IMG/VR virus record: IMGVR_UViG_3300045988_052173
Source: a virus
Length of the DNA stretch: 29,871 nt
Direction: 5' to 3' (one strand)
Position numbers and translations under genes: made by a program. Below are positions 1 through 9,470 of the stretch, in pieces (the stretch's first letter is position 1; every line of letters starts with the position of its first letter). The notes beneath the pieces were generated by a model that was given only the letters and a program-made list of their open reading frames with translations, was not told where the DNA came from and did no database searches.

Positions 1-55
1 CGACTGGCCCCGCTGGTCCTAAGGGTGACGTCGGTCCGACTGGCCCCGCTGGTCC
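1..55. repeat. Terminal overlap: nt 1-55 identical to nt 29817-29871
   Basis: Direct character-by-character comparison of both ends. The overlap lies inside the 36-bp collagen-like tandem repeat. Confidence 0.95.
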
Positions 56-170
56 GGCTGGACCGGCCGCCACCATCACCAAAGCCGCCAACGTCAACCC
101 GGAGACCGGCACGGTCTCAGACGTAGTGAAAGCCCTGATCGCCGCGGGACTAATGGAAGCATCAGTCTGA
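1..170 (+). CDS. Collagen-like repeat protein, 3' portion (5' portion at 29597..29871)
   Basis: Frame 3 is open from the window edge to TGA 168-170. It reads ..[55 protein letters not shown]. Confidence 0.8.
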   Translation, partial: TGPAGPKGDVGPTGPAGPAGPAATITKAANVNPETGTVSDVVKALIAAGLMEASV

Positions 171-188
171 CAGCCAACCAATATCAGC

Positions 189-222
189 TAGGTCCTATCG
201 TTACAATTAACGGTAGGACCTA
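189..222 (+). terminator. 12-bp stem-loop downstream of the collagen-like gene (possible terminator or processing site)
   Basis: taggtcctatcg (189-200) pairs with cggtaggaccta (211-222), with one G-U pair valid only in the plus sense. The following U-run is weak (ttcatata). Confidence 0.3.
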
Positions 223-243
223 TTCATATACCACGGAGGAAAA

Positions 244-906
244 ATGATAATCGACGACACCATACGCGACAAAGTCGGCGACACCGCATACGACACATGG
301 AAAGACGCCGCACTCGCCACCCTCTCCGACTTGATCTGCATGAACGATCTCGAACAATCCACCACCGACATGACAGGCACCGTCAGCCAAGACGGCAAAC
401 ACGTCCACATACCATCATGGTATTCAGAAATACGGTCAGCCAAAACAACGAACGACACTCCCGTCAACTATAAAACCACCTACGACAAGAACGACGGACT
501 AACGCCATCCACCACATACACGAAAACCCTGACCCTCACCCGCGAATATCCAGCCGGCACAAAAATCATCATCAGCGGCCAACACGGATTCAAAAAACTC
601 CCGGCACCACTCGCCACCATCCTCACGGCCATCATCCAAGCCGACCAGTCGATGGCAGACCGGTCCGACAGCATCACCTCAAAGAAAATCGAAGACGTAA
701 GCGTCTCCTACGCCACCAGTACGCAAACCACGCTCGAACGCGCCATCACCCCATACAAGGCGCTAATATCCTCCTGGAACCTTTGCCCAACCAACCCAGA
801 CACGGGAGGAACCCTCGACATGCCAACCCCCCACCAAGAACTGCCATGGTGGCTCAACACACAAGACTACCTAGGAGGAGACTACACGTATGGAACCGCA
901 ATGTGA
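244..906 (+). CDS. Putative head-tail connector/adaptor protein
   Basis: 220-aa ORF with GGAGG at 235-239. It is the first gene after the capsid and collagen-like genes. The function is assigned from position only. Confidence 0.55.
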   Translation: MIIDDTIRDKVGDTAYDTWKDAALATLSDLICMNDLEQSTTDMTGTVSQDGKHVHIPSWYSEIRSAKTTNDTPVNYKTTYDKNDGLTPSTTYTKTLTLTREYPAGTKIIISGQHGFKKLPAPLATILTAIIQADQSMADRSDSITSKKIEDVSVSYATSTQTTLERAITPYKALISSWNLCPTNPDTGGTLDMPTPHQELPWWLNTQDYLGGDYTYGTAM

Positions 907-1261
907 CCCATTCAAACTATTCCCCAACCAAACCCAGTCAGCTACCCTCTGGAAATACACGGCACCCGGCCTCGACAACATCAAACTCGCCGACATCAAA
1001 GTGATCATCAAACACTCCACCGAAAGCGACCAACCCACCGAATACGCGAGCCGTATCACCACCCGCCGTTTCCACACCCAACCCGACAACCTCCCCGAAA
1101 ACCTCCGCGAAGACATGGAAGCATGGCCCGACCTCATCCTCCGACTCGACAACGGACGCACCTACCAAATCACCAAAGCCAGCCGAGGCGACGACATGAA
1201 CACCGGCAAAACCATGTTCATCACCCTCACCGGCAACCCCTACGGAAGAAACAGCCTATGA
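890..1261 (+). CDS. Putative head closure / head-tail joining protein
   Basis: 123-aa ORF with AGGAGG at 873-878. It overlaps the upstream stop and sits in the connector block. Confidence 0.55.
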   Translation: MEPQCDPFKLFPNQTQSATLWKYTAPGLDNIKLADIKVIIKHSTESDQPTEYASRITTRRFHTQPDNLPENLREDMEAWPDLILRLDNGRTYQITKASRGDDMNTGKTMFITLTGNPYGRNSL

Positions 1262-1578
1262 GCTACCAACTCAAACTATCCACCACATGGACCCGTAAAC
1301 TCTCCACCCAACAACTCAACAAAGGCGGCACACGAATGATGACCGACATCCTACGCATGGCCCGCCAAAACGCACCAGTCAAAACCGGCGCACTACGCAA
1401 CAGCGGCCGCTTCCAACAAGTCGGAAACAACCACTGGCAAATCACCTTCGGCAACAGTCGAATACCATACGCACGCCTCCGCGAACACACCAACCGACTC
1501 CACCCCAACACCATCCGCTACCTCGAACGAGCCGCACACACCGCAACCACCCGCACCAAAACCTACTTCAACATGTAA
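1258..1578 (+). CDS. HK97 gp10-like tail/neck component
   Basis: The start forms an ATGA overlap with the upstream stop. The motif ARQNAPVKTGALRNSGRF resembles the HK97 gp10 family signature. The longer track ORF from 1123 is an out-of-context extension. Confidence 0.65.
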   Translation: MSYQLKLSTTWTRKLSTQQLNKGGTRMMTDILRMARQNAPVKTGALRNSGRFQQVGNNHWQITFGNSRIPYARLREHTNRLHPNTIRYLERAAHTATTRTKTYFNM

Positions 1579-1587
1579 GGACACCAC

Positions 1588-2013
1588 ATGATAGACCTAG
1601 CAGTATGCATGACCCTCCAAAACGAAGGATACGGCACCTACGGCCAAAACCTCTTCTTCGGCACCAGCCCCATCCTCGACACCGGCACCATCACCAACCA
1701 AGAAGGCATCTGGGTCAACGCCAACACCATCGACATCAACGGCGACCTCTACACCGACCAAATCACCATCAGCAGCCGCCACAACGACGTCCTCACCCAA
1801 GGACGCCTCATGCTACGACTCCTCAACCTCATCAACAACACACTCCCCCACTACTGCCAACTCACATGCCAACCAATCACCGACATCACCTACGAATCAA
1901 TCCGCACACACCCAGCCACCGCAATAGACCTCGACGCCATCGACCACGAAGGCCACTGGGTCAAAAGCATCCGCTTCCAAATCGACTACAAACTCAACCC
2001 CACAACACTGTAA
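1588..2013 (+). CDS. Putative tail completion / tail terminator protein
   Basis: 141-aa ORF with AAGGA 6 nt upstream, located immediately before the major tail gene. Confidence 0.5.
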   Translation: MIDLAVCMTLQNEGYGTYGQNLFFGTSPILDTGTITNQEGIWVNANTIDINGDLYTDQITISSRHNDVLTQGRLMLRLLNLINNTLPHYCQLTCQPITDITYESIRTHPATAIDLDAIDHEGHWVKSIRFQIDYKLNPTTL

Positions 2014-2072
2014 AATAAAAACGGCATAATACACCACAGTCAAAACAGGCACGCCAACCGAAAGGAAAAAAA

Positions 2073-2930
2073 ATGGCATCATACCCACTCATCGGCAAAA
2101 AAACCGTCTACATCGACGACATGATCATCCCACCCGACTACATCCAAGACGAAGTCGGCACCATCACCCTCACCCCAAGCACCACCGAAATCGCCAGCCA
2201 ATCAGGCACCATCAAAGTCCCCAACGGCAGCTACGACGAAATGAGCTTCGAAATCAACATCATCTGCCCAAGCGTCCGCTTCCTCGGCATGCTATTCCCC
2301 GAACTCTACCACAACGCCAAATTCAAACGAGCCCTCAACGGCACCATGAACGAAACCGGCCAAGTCCGATTCGGCGGCAACGAATGCATCAGCAACACGC
2401 CACGCGACATCATCATCCACAACGTCTGCGACGGACACTCCAGCGCACAAGACTTCCGCATCCCACAAGCCCTCATCAGCGCCGGAGGCGAATTCAAAAT
2501 CAGCCTCAGCGACCCCTTCGTCGTCACCCTCTCCGGCACCATGACCACCAGCCCCGAAGGCGCAGTAGTCATGGGCGAACTCAACCTCGACACGCCAGCC
2601 TACTACGACGAAACCACCGGTTCAATCAAAACAACAGAACACCCAATCACTGAACTAAAAGCCACGCCAACCTCCATCACCGGCAAAGTCAACGACACAA
2701 TGAAAATCAAACTCGCCATCCTCCCGGACGGAGCAGCCGGAGACATCACCACCGAACTCTCCCAGCAAGGCTTGGCCGAAACCAAGGACAACGGCGACGG
2801 CACATGGAACATCACCCTGAAAAACCCCGGTACCGGAACTCTAACCTTCAAATCCGGAAACGCGACATCCAATGTCAACCTCACCATAACAGCCGCACAA
2901 GCCGACAGTAACACTGACGAAACAGTCTGA
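2073..2930 (+). CDS. Major tail protein with C-terminal Ig-like (Big_2-type) domain
   Basis: 285 aa, positioned before the chaperone pair and tape measure. The C-terminal segment ATPTSITGKVNDTMKIKLAILPDGA...TLTFKSGNATSNVNLTITA looks like a bacterial Ig-like fold. Confidence 0.7.
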   Translation: MASYPLIGKKTVYIDDMIIPPDYIQDEVGTITLTPSTTEIASQSGTIKVPNGSYDEMSFEINIICPSVRFLGMLFPELYHNAKFKRALNGTMNETGQVRFGGNECISNTPRDIIIHNVCDGHSSAQDFRIPQALISAGGEFKISLSDPFVVTLSGTMTTSPEGAVVMGELNLDTPAYYDETTGSIKTTEHPITELKATPTSITGKVNDTMKIKLAILPDGAAGDITTELSQQGLAETKDNGDGTWNITLKNPGTGTLTFKSGNATSNVNLTITAAQADSNTDETV

Positions 2931-2943
2931 CAGAAACAAAAAA

Positions 2944-2985
2944 AGCGTCCGTCGCGAAAGAAAGGCAAAGAACACGACGAACGCT
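2944..2985 (+). other. Interrupted stem-loop after the major tail gene
   Basis: agcgt/acgct and cgtcg/cgacg arms with one mismatch and a 20-nt loop. There is no U-run. It could attenuate or process the transcript. Confidence 0.25.
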
Positions 2986-3053
2986 GAATCACATGGTCTC
3001 TCAAACAAGGAACCAATCACCATGATACAACATTATTAACTGGAGTCCAAACA

Positions 3054-3404
3054 ATGGTTACACCAATCCTCGATATCGACACTCGCAAAAGCTTCCGTAA
3101 CCTCACCGTCAAACTCGACGGTATCATCTACACCATGCGACCACTCGGCTCTAAAGACATGCTCACCATCCTCGACAACGCCGAAGCCCTCGACAAACTC
3201 TCCACCGGCCGAATGACCAAAGACACATTAGAAACCGCAGAAGAAACCATCTTCCCACTCGTCGCCAACCTCATGGAACCAAACAACGCCTTCCACGAAT
3301 GGATGCAACAAACCAAACAACGCAGCGACCTCGCCTACATGCAAGCCATGACCGCCCTCTGCAAACTCATGGCCGAAAACCTCACCCTCAACATCAAAGG
3401 CTGA
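3054..3404 (+). CDS. Tail assembly chaperone (gpG-like)
   Basis: 116-aa ORF located between the major tail and tape measure genes. Confidence 0.65.
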   Translation: MVTPILDIDTRKSFRNLTVKLDGIIYTMRPLGSKDMLTILDNAEALDKLSTGRMTKDTLETAEETIFPLVANLMEPNNAFHEWMQQTKQRSDLAYMQAMTALCKLMAENLTLNIKG

Positions 3405-3412
3405 CACACAAC

Positions 3413-3739
3413 ATGCGCTCATGGGATAGCCTCCTCACCCCCGCCGAAAAACAGCGGATGCAAACATACAAACAACAAGAAACAAAACAACACACCCCAC
3501 CCAGCATCCGCATCCTCGCTGAACTCGGCGACCTCTACGGGTGGGAGGCCATCCGCGACACACTAGAAAACCACATAACACCAGACCTACTACTCGCCCT
3601 CATCAAAGAAGGCCGCCACCTCCACCAAACCCGACTAGCCGAACAATACCAATTAACCTTCGAATGCCTAACCGCCGCATTCACCAAACACGGAGACCAA
3701 AAAATCAGTCGCATCATAAACAAACTCGGAAAGGACTAA
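3413..3739 (+). CDS. Second chaperone-region ORF (gpT-like position, -1 frame relative to 3054..3404)
   Basis: This frame is open from 3299 and overlaps the 3' end of the upstream gene in the -1 frame. It has its own ATG at 3413 and ends 3 nt before the tape measure start. Confidence 0.55.
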   Translation: MRSWDSLLTPAEKQRMQTYKQQETKQHTPPSIRILAELGDLYGWEAIRDTLENHITPDLLLALIKEGRHLHQTRLAEQYQLTFECLTAAFTKHGDQKISRIINKLGKD

Positions 3740-3742
3740 CAA

Positions 3743-5791
3743 ATGGCTGACTCCACACTTACACTCGACGCGGAAATCAACACCAGTGACTGGGAAAACG
3801 GAGTCAAAACCATCCAAAACGGTAGCCGACAAATCGAACAATCAGCCCGCCAAGCCAGCGAAAACATGGAAGAAATCAACAAATCTTCCACCAAAGCCTC
3901 CAACAATACCAGTAAATTCGCCACCATCGCCGGCACCATGAGCGGCCTCGTATCCACCGGCATCAACATGGCAGTAAACGCAATCGGCAACCTCAGCAGC
4001 GACATCACCGAAGCCTCCGACAGCGCACAAAAATTCACTAGCACACTAAGCTTCGCCGGCCTAGACACAAGCACTATCAACCAGCTTACCGCCAGTACGC
4101 AAAAATACGCGGACCAAACAGTATACGATTTAGCTGACATTCGTAACACGACCGCACAGTTAGCAGCGAACGGTGTAAACAATTACGCGAACCTAGCCGA
4201 AGCCGCCGGTAACCTGAACGCTGTCTCCGGTGGCAACGCGGACACATTCCGTTCAGTAGGCATGGTACTCACCCAGACAGCCGGTGCAGGCAAACTCACC
4301 ACCGAAAACTGGAACCAGTTGGCTGACGCCATCCCGGGCGCTTCCGGCAAACTACAGGAAGCCATGCTCAAAAACGGCGCGTACACGGGTGACTTCCGTG
4401 ATGCGATGGCCAAAGGTGAAATATCAGCCGAGGAATTCAATAAGGCCATCATGGATTTGGGTATGACCGACGCGGCCAAGGAAGCAGCCACGAGCACCCA
4501 AACCATCGAAGGTGCGATGGGTAACCTGGAAGCTTCCGTCGTCAACGTGGGCGTGCAAATATTGGACTCGGTCAAAGGCCCCTTAACACAGGGGATGAGC
4601 ATGCTCGCCGAAGGTATCAGCGGTTTACCTCAAGCGTTCACCGGCATGATGGGATCGATCACGCCGGTTCTGCAACAAGTGGGTAGCGTGTTCCAAGCCT
4701 CTTTCGCGCCTGTCGGCCAAGTGGTCACCAGTCAACTATTACCCGCTTTGAAACCGTTCATGCAAGCCTGCCAGAATCTGGGCACGGCTATCATGCCGGT
4801 ATTGAATGCCGCGTTCCAAACGTTCACGCCCGTATTGGGTTCACTGGTCGCGAAACTCACCGAGGTCGGTGCGACCATCATGACCTCGATCACGCCTGTC
4901 ATCAATAACATGGCCGCACTGTTCCAAACCGCACTGCCGGTACTCCAAGCATTGTTCCAATCGTGGGGCGCTTCCATTCAAGGTGTCATCGACGCGGTAT
5001 TCCCGTACATTCAAACGGTCATCAGTACGGTAATGAACGTCATCAACGCGATCATCACTACCGTGATGGCAGTGTTGCAAGGCAATTGGGATGGCGTATG
5101 GGCTGGTATCGGTAATCTCGTCTCGACCGTATGGAATGGTATTAAATCGGTGGTTTCGGCTGGTGTGAACGCCATTTCCGGTGTCATCTCGACTGTTTCG
5201 AACACTATCAATACCGTCTGGTCGGGTTTATGGAATGCGGTCAAGGGATTGGCGTCCAATGCTTGGAATGGTATCACCGGTGCCGTCAAGAATGGTGTCG
5301 ACAGTGTGGCGAACACGGTCAATGGCATTGGGGGGAAGATCAAGGGCGCGTTCAGTAATGCGGGCTCGTGGCTGGTTTCCGCCGGTAGGAACATTATCCA
5401 AGGCCTTATCAACGGTATTAAGAATGCTATCGGTAATGCGGTTTCAGCGGTCAAGGGAGCTGCTTCCAGTATCGTGAATGCCGCGAAAAACGCGTTGGGT
5501 ATTCATTCTCCTTCTCGAGTGTTCCGTGATGAGGTCGGTAAGATGATTCCGGCTGGTTTGGGTGTCGGCGTGGAAATGAACGAGAAGCTCGCGGTCCAGC
5601 CGGTGCAAAGCATGGTGTCTTCCTTGCTTCCTTCTTCCTTTATGGGTTCCGTCGCGAGTGCGGTCTCATCGCCGGTAAGCTTGTCCGGTAATGATGGGCC
5701 TCGCGTGTCGGCTCCGATCACTGTGAATGCTTCCGACCCGACGATGGCGGCCCGGGAAACGGTCCGTATGCTTAACTTCTGCTACGTGTGA
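3743..5791 (+). CDS. Tape measure protein
   Basis: 682 aa. The N-terminus looks coiled-coil-like and there are repeated W..G/N..I segments. The conserved-looking GIHSPSRVFRDEVGKMIPAGLG motif is present near the C-terminus, and the position is canonical. Confidence 0.9.
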   Translation: MADSTLTLDAEINTSDWENGVKTIQNGSRQIEQSARQASENMEEINKSSTKASNNTSKFATIAGTMSGLVSTGINMAVNAIGNLSSDITEASDSAQKFTSTLSFAGLDTSTINQLTASTQKYADQTVYDLADIRNTTAQLAANGVNNYANLAEAAGNLNAVSGGNADTFRSVGMVLTQTAGAGKLTTENWNQLADAIPGASGKLQEAMLKNGAYTGDFRDAMAKGEISAEEFNKAIMDLGMTDAAKEAATSTQTIEGAMGNLEASVVNVGVQILDSVKGPLTQGMSMLAEGISGLPQAFTGMMGSITPVLQQVGSVFQASFAPVGQVVTSQLLPALKPFMQACQNLGTAIMPVLNAAFQTFTPVLGSLVAKLTEVGATIMTSITPVINNMAALFQTALPVLQALFQSWGASIQGVIDAVFPYIQTVISTVMNVINAIITTVMAVLQGNWDGVWAGIGNLVSTVWNGIKSVVSAGVNAISGVISTVSNTINTVWSGLWNAVKGLASNAWNGITGAVKNGVDSVANTVNGIGGKIKGAFSNAGSWLVSAGRNIIQGLINGIKNAIGNAVSAVKGAASSIVNAAKNALGIHSPSRVFRDEVGKMIPAGLGVGVEMNEKLAVQPVQSMVSSLLPSSFMGSVASAVSSPVSLSGNDGPRVSAPITVNASDPTMAARETVRMLNFCYV

Positions 5792-5809
5792 CAGGGATAT
5801 CATAGTTTC

Positions 5810-6700
5810 ATGAGCATTTTTTTAGAAGATAATCGTGATATCCGTTTAACGTTGGAGGGATTCCCGTTATATGGCGTGGACTCGTATGATTGTGAATGGC
5901 ATGTCACGTTTCAGGACGTGTCCGGCTTGTTCGATGGTGTCGCGTCCACGTTGCGTACGAGCGAGAAAGCCATGAGCGACGGATGGTATGCGAATCTGCC
6001 ACGCTTGCAAGGCCGGTCCATCAGTGTCGAGGGATATATCATCGGCCGGTGTACTGAATCGTGTATCACGTCATGGAACGCGTTCAAAAGGATTTTGAAC
6101 TCCGATGAAATGACGTTGGGTATACGATTGGGTGACCTTCGCCGTCAGGTACGGGTGTTGCAGTCCGCGTCCGCACCATTGGTTAAATGGGCTGGAGTGA
6201 ACATGCTCAGGTTCAGTCTTGGATTGACGTCTTTGAGCCCGTACCTGTATGGGGTGGATCCGGTGTCCGGTAGTTCTTATCTTCCGTCCTCGTCGGGTGG
6301 TATGACGTTTCCTTATCATTTCGGTGGTAACGACGCATCATCGGGGTTTTGGGAGTGGAGTGAGGTTGTCGAGTCCGGTAGCGTGAGACTGTCGAACGTT
6401 GGTAACGCTCCCAGTCCGGTGGTGATGCGTATTGACGGGCCTGTCGTGAATCCGCAGGTGTCGCATGCCGGGAGCGGTCACGTCATCGCTTTCGACATGA
6501 CTCTTGGCCGTGGCCATTATGCGACCGTTAACGGAATGACCCATGAGATCCTGATCGATGGGACTGATCCGGCTCGTGGTCGTGTCGTCCGTCGTGAGTG
6601 GAGTCAGGCGGAAGTCGGTTCGAATGTTTGGTCTTTCAGCGCGAGTGAATATTCGAAGGCGGCTCGCTTGCATGTCATGTTCTATCCTGCTTACGTGTGA
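5810..6700 (+). CDS. Distal tail protein (Dit-like)
   Basis: 296-aa ORF directly after the tape measure gene. The function is positional. Confidence 0.6.
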   Translation: MSIFLEDNRDIRLTLEGFPLYGVDSYDCEWHVTFQDVSGLFDGVASTLRTSEKAMSDGWYANLPRLQGRSISVEGYIIGRCTESCITSWNAFKRILNSDEMTLGIRLGDLRRQVRVLQSASAPLVKWAGVNMLRFSLGLTSLSPYLYGVDPVSGSSYLPSSSGGMTFPYHFGGNDASSGFWEWSEVVESGSVRLSNVGNAPSPVVMRIDGPVVNPQVSHAGSGHVIAFDMTLGRGHYATVNGMTHEILIDGTDPARGRVVRREWSQAEVGSNVWSFSASEYSKAARLHVMFYPAYV

Positions 6701-6711
6701 GGAGTGTCATC

Positions 6712-7812
6712 ATGGGTGATCGATGGTTTATGGGTTCTTCTTCGTATGCTTCCCGGATTCTGTGGGATACGGATGGTTTCCAGTTCCTTGCCGTGTCTTT
6801 GACTAGTGGGAGCGTGTTGGCGGAGTTCCCGGACTTGCAGGCTTCCAAGTTTTCGTATCGTTTCGAGGATATGACGAGTGAGACGGTGATGATTCCGTGG
6901 CATGATATTCCATCCAATTGGGTTGAGGCCACGGTCCCGTATGCTGTGGCTGTTCTTTTGGTTCGTGAGTCGACGGTATTGTGGGGTGGTATCGTGGTCA
7001 AACGCGAACGGACGTTGCAGGGTGAGGGGTTGACGCTTACGTTGGCTACTGTCGAACATTATTTAGATAGCGTGTATGTGAAGGATCATTCCTATTCCGG
7101 TTGGGAGCAGACTTGGATCGCGAGTGATCTTGTAACGTCGACGCTTGAGGGGCACCGGTTCATGATCAGTGTGGACACGGCGTCTAGTAGCGTTCACCGT
7201 GACAGGACGTATGAGGAGTCTTCGGGTAAGACTTTGTTGAGTGTTCTTCAGGAGTTGTCGAACGTGCAGGATGGTCCGGAATGGTGTACGTCATGGCGGG
7301 TTGATGGTGGCCGGTATACGCCGGTTTTGACGATTGCGGATAGGATAGGTTCGGTAACCCCGGTTACGACGTTTGATGAGAGTGTGATGACGTCTTTCAA
7401 GGTGTTGGAGGATTATACGAGTGGTTATGGTGCGAACATGGTCGTAGCGGTCGGGAGTTCGTCTGGTGAGGACCAGTTGCGTTCCGATGTGATGGTGGCT
7501 GATCAGTCTTATCGTCCTGTCGTGGAGCATGTGGTCCGCCCGTCGTCGAGTATTACGCGTAAGGAAACGTTGGACGCTTATGCGTCGTCCTCGTTACGGC
7601 AGTTACAGGATGGTACGAATACCGTTGATATGACGTTGAGTCTGATGGCTGCTCCTGCTGTTTATAGGGAGTGGAAGCCGGGTGATGTCGTCGCGTGGAC
7701 TATCGCTGATGATGATGGCCGTTTCACTGGTTTCGCTCAGGGTCAGGCGCGTGTCATCGGTTATAATATCGATTTCAGTGGCGCGTGGACTATTACGCCT
7801 GTGTTGCAGTAG
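6712..7812 (+). CDS. Tail-associated (Tal-like) baseplate protein
   Basis: ORF in the Tal position. I prefer ATG 6712, with GAGGAG at 6700-6705 six nt upstream, over the track start GTG 6697. Confidence 0.55.
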   Translation: MGDRWFMGSSSYASRILWDTDGFQFLAVSLTSGSVLAEFPDLQASKFSYRFEDMTSETVMIPWHDIPSNWVEATVPYAVAVLLVRESTVLWGGIVVKRERTLQGEGLTLTLATVEHYLDSVYVKDHSYSGWEQTWIASDLVTSTLEGHRFMISVDTASSSVHRDRTYEESSGKTLLSVLQELSNVQDGPEWCTSWRVDGGRYTPVLTIADRIGSVTPVTTFDESVMTSFKVLEDYTSGYGANMVVAVGSSSGEDQLRSDVMVADQSYRPVVEHVVRPSSSITRKETLDAYASSSLRQLQDGTNTVDMTLSLMAAPAVYREWKPGDVVAWTIADDDGRFTGFAQGQARVIGYNIDFSGAWTITPVLQ

Positions 7813-7818
7813 GAGGAT

Positions 7819-8511
7819 ATGATGCAGAGTAAGTTCAGGTTTTCGCTTGATGGGGTGGATGCTACTGCCCGTCAGTTCGCTGGGATTCACCGTCAGTTGG
7901 AGGAGTTGCCGGCGAGTGTCGGTAAGAGTGTTGCCCGGTTGAATGCGCGTATCGGTTCTGTTGAGAATGATTTCGCGTCGTTGACTACTGTCGAGAGTGA
8001 GAGTGGTGTTGGCGGGTCTGATGTGGTGGTGGTGCCGGCTCATGGTGGTACCGGTGTTCGGAACGCGTATTCCGGTCCGCTTTCGTTGATGCCTGTGAAG
8101 CCGGTTTATTGTCTTTATGATGGCACGTTGGGGTGTGATTGTTCGTCGGCTGGTTCGGTGGTGGATGCTGGTGATGCTGACGGGATTATTCCGGTTGATG
8201 CTCTCCGTCGGGTGAAATGGCGGGTGTATAGGTTTAAGGATGATTTGAATCAGAGGCTTGATGATGCGCAGCCGGTTGTCGGGCTTCTTGCTGAGGATTT
8301 GGATGAGGTTGGGCTTGGTTTCTTCTGTGAATATGATGATGATGGTGTTCCGACTGGTGTTGATTATCCGAAGTTAAGCGTGGCTGTTTTACGTTTGGTT
8401 CAGGAAAGCATGGATGAGGTGGATGGGTTGAAGGATACTGTCGAGAGACTTTCCGCGAAGATTGATAAAATGGAAGAGACTTATTCCAAGAAATCTATTG
8501 GTGAGGAGTAG
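7819..8511 (+). CDS. Tail fibre protein with C-terminal intramolecular-chaperone (S74-like) domain
   Basis: AGGAGG at 7811-7816. The C-terminal segment WRVYRFKDD...VVGLLAEDLDEV...VDYPKLSVAVLRLVQE, followed by a coiled coil, resembles the fibre/endosialidase chaperone domain. Confidence 0.6.
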   Translation: MMQSKFRFSLDGVDATARQFAGIHRQLEELPASVGKSVARLNARIGSVENDFASLTTVESESGVGGSDVVVVPAHGGTGVRNAYSGPLSLMPVKPVYCLYDGTLGCDCSSAGSVVDAGDADGIIPVDALRRVKWRVYRFKDDLNQRLDDAQPVVGLLAEDLDEVGLGFFCEYDDDGVPTGVDYPKLSVAVLRLVQESMDEVDGLKDTVERLSAKIDKMEETYSKKSIGEE

Positions 8512-8514
8512 CTT

Positions 8515-9420
8515 ATGGGTGTTGTTATGCATCCTTTGACCATGTTGAATGGGTATCCGTCTTATACTGCTGCTGATTATCGGCAGGTCATTAACCCGTT
8601 GCTGTTACCGTCGAATGGTACCCCGTTTGATGGGATACAGGGTGTGCGTGCCGGCTGTCCCCAGCCGTTGGTCACTATCGATGGTGTGACTGTGACGGTC
8701 AAGTCCCATTGCGGTACTGTCAGTCCGTGGCCTAATGTTGGAGCTTATACTTATGCTCTTACTACTCCGGTGTCGTTGTCCGTTGCTAGTACGACGGGTG
8801 ATTATAAGATCGCGGTCGTCGTTGATGATCCGAGTCAGTCGCATGGTACGGCTCCTCGGGGTATGGTGAAAGTGTTCGATGCCAGTGTTTCGGATGCGGA
8901 GATTCCGGGTTTGGTTATCGCCAATGTTTCGTCTGGCGTGGTGTCTGACGTGGCTCCTATTTTGCGGTCCACTACCGTGGTGGAGGTTTATGATCAGTCT
9001 CAGTTGAATACTATTGGTGCGGTTGATGGTCAGGAGGCTGTTGTTGGTTCGACTGGTCGTCGGTATCGTCTTATCGGTGGGGTTTGGCAGTCGTTGGATG
9101 ATATTCAGCTTTCGCCGGGGCAGTGGTATAAGGATTGGAGTTATGTTGATTATAAGTGTTCGATGGTTGGTAATGTCGTCACTATTTCCATTAAGGTGGG
9201 GCGTGGTCCTGAGTGGGCGGCGAAGGCGTGGGATAGGAGTCAGATCCTGACGTTCCCGGATTATGTGAAGCCGAGCTTTTCGGATCTTAATATTCCGGCT
9301 GCTGGCGTTGAGCATAGTGGTTTCCAGGTGGATAAGACGGGATTGTATGTGAGACCGTTTGCGGATGTAACGTATTATACTGGGGCGTGGAGTTCCGCGC
9401 TTTTTTCGTATTCCGTGTGA
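8515..9420 (+). CDS. Putative tail tip / receptor-binding protein
   Basis: 301-aa ORF with GAGGAG upstream. It is the last gene of the tail block and is followed by a strong terminator. Confidence 0.5.
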   Translation: MGVVMHPLTMLNGYPSYTAADYRQVINPLLLPSNGTPFDGIQGVRAGCPQPLVTIDGVTVTVKSHCGTVSPWPNVGAYTYALTTPVSLSVASTTGDYKIAVVVDDPSQSHGTAPRGMVKVFDASVSDAEIPGLVIANVSSGVVSDVAPILRSTTVVEVYDQSQLNTIGAVDGQEAVVGSTGRRYRLIGGVWQSLDDIQLSPGQWYKDWSYVDYKCSMVGNVVTISIKVGRGPEWAAKAWDRSQILTFPDYVKPSFSDLNIPAAGVEHSGFQVDKTGLYVRPFADVTYYTGAWSSALFSYSV

Positions 9421-9427
9421 TGTATGG

Positions 9428-9456
9428 AAAACCCCGGTTGTGTGCCGGGGTTTTTT
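9428..9456. terminator. Bidirectional intrinsic terminator between convergent genes
   Basis: The structure aaaaCCCCGG-ttgtgtg-CCGGGGtttttt has A-runs and T-runs on both sides. Confidence 0.8.
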
Positions 9457-9470
9457 CGTATTGTTTTTGG

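Noticed and set aside
3299-3404. Search for a canonical -1 slippery heptamer in the chaperone overlap.
   Set aside because: No X-XXY-YYZ motif in the correct phase was found by eye, so I do not annotate a programmed frameshift site.
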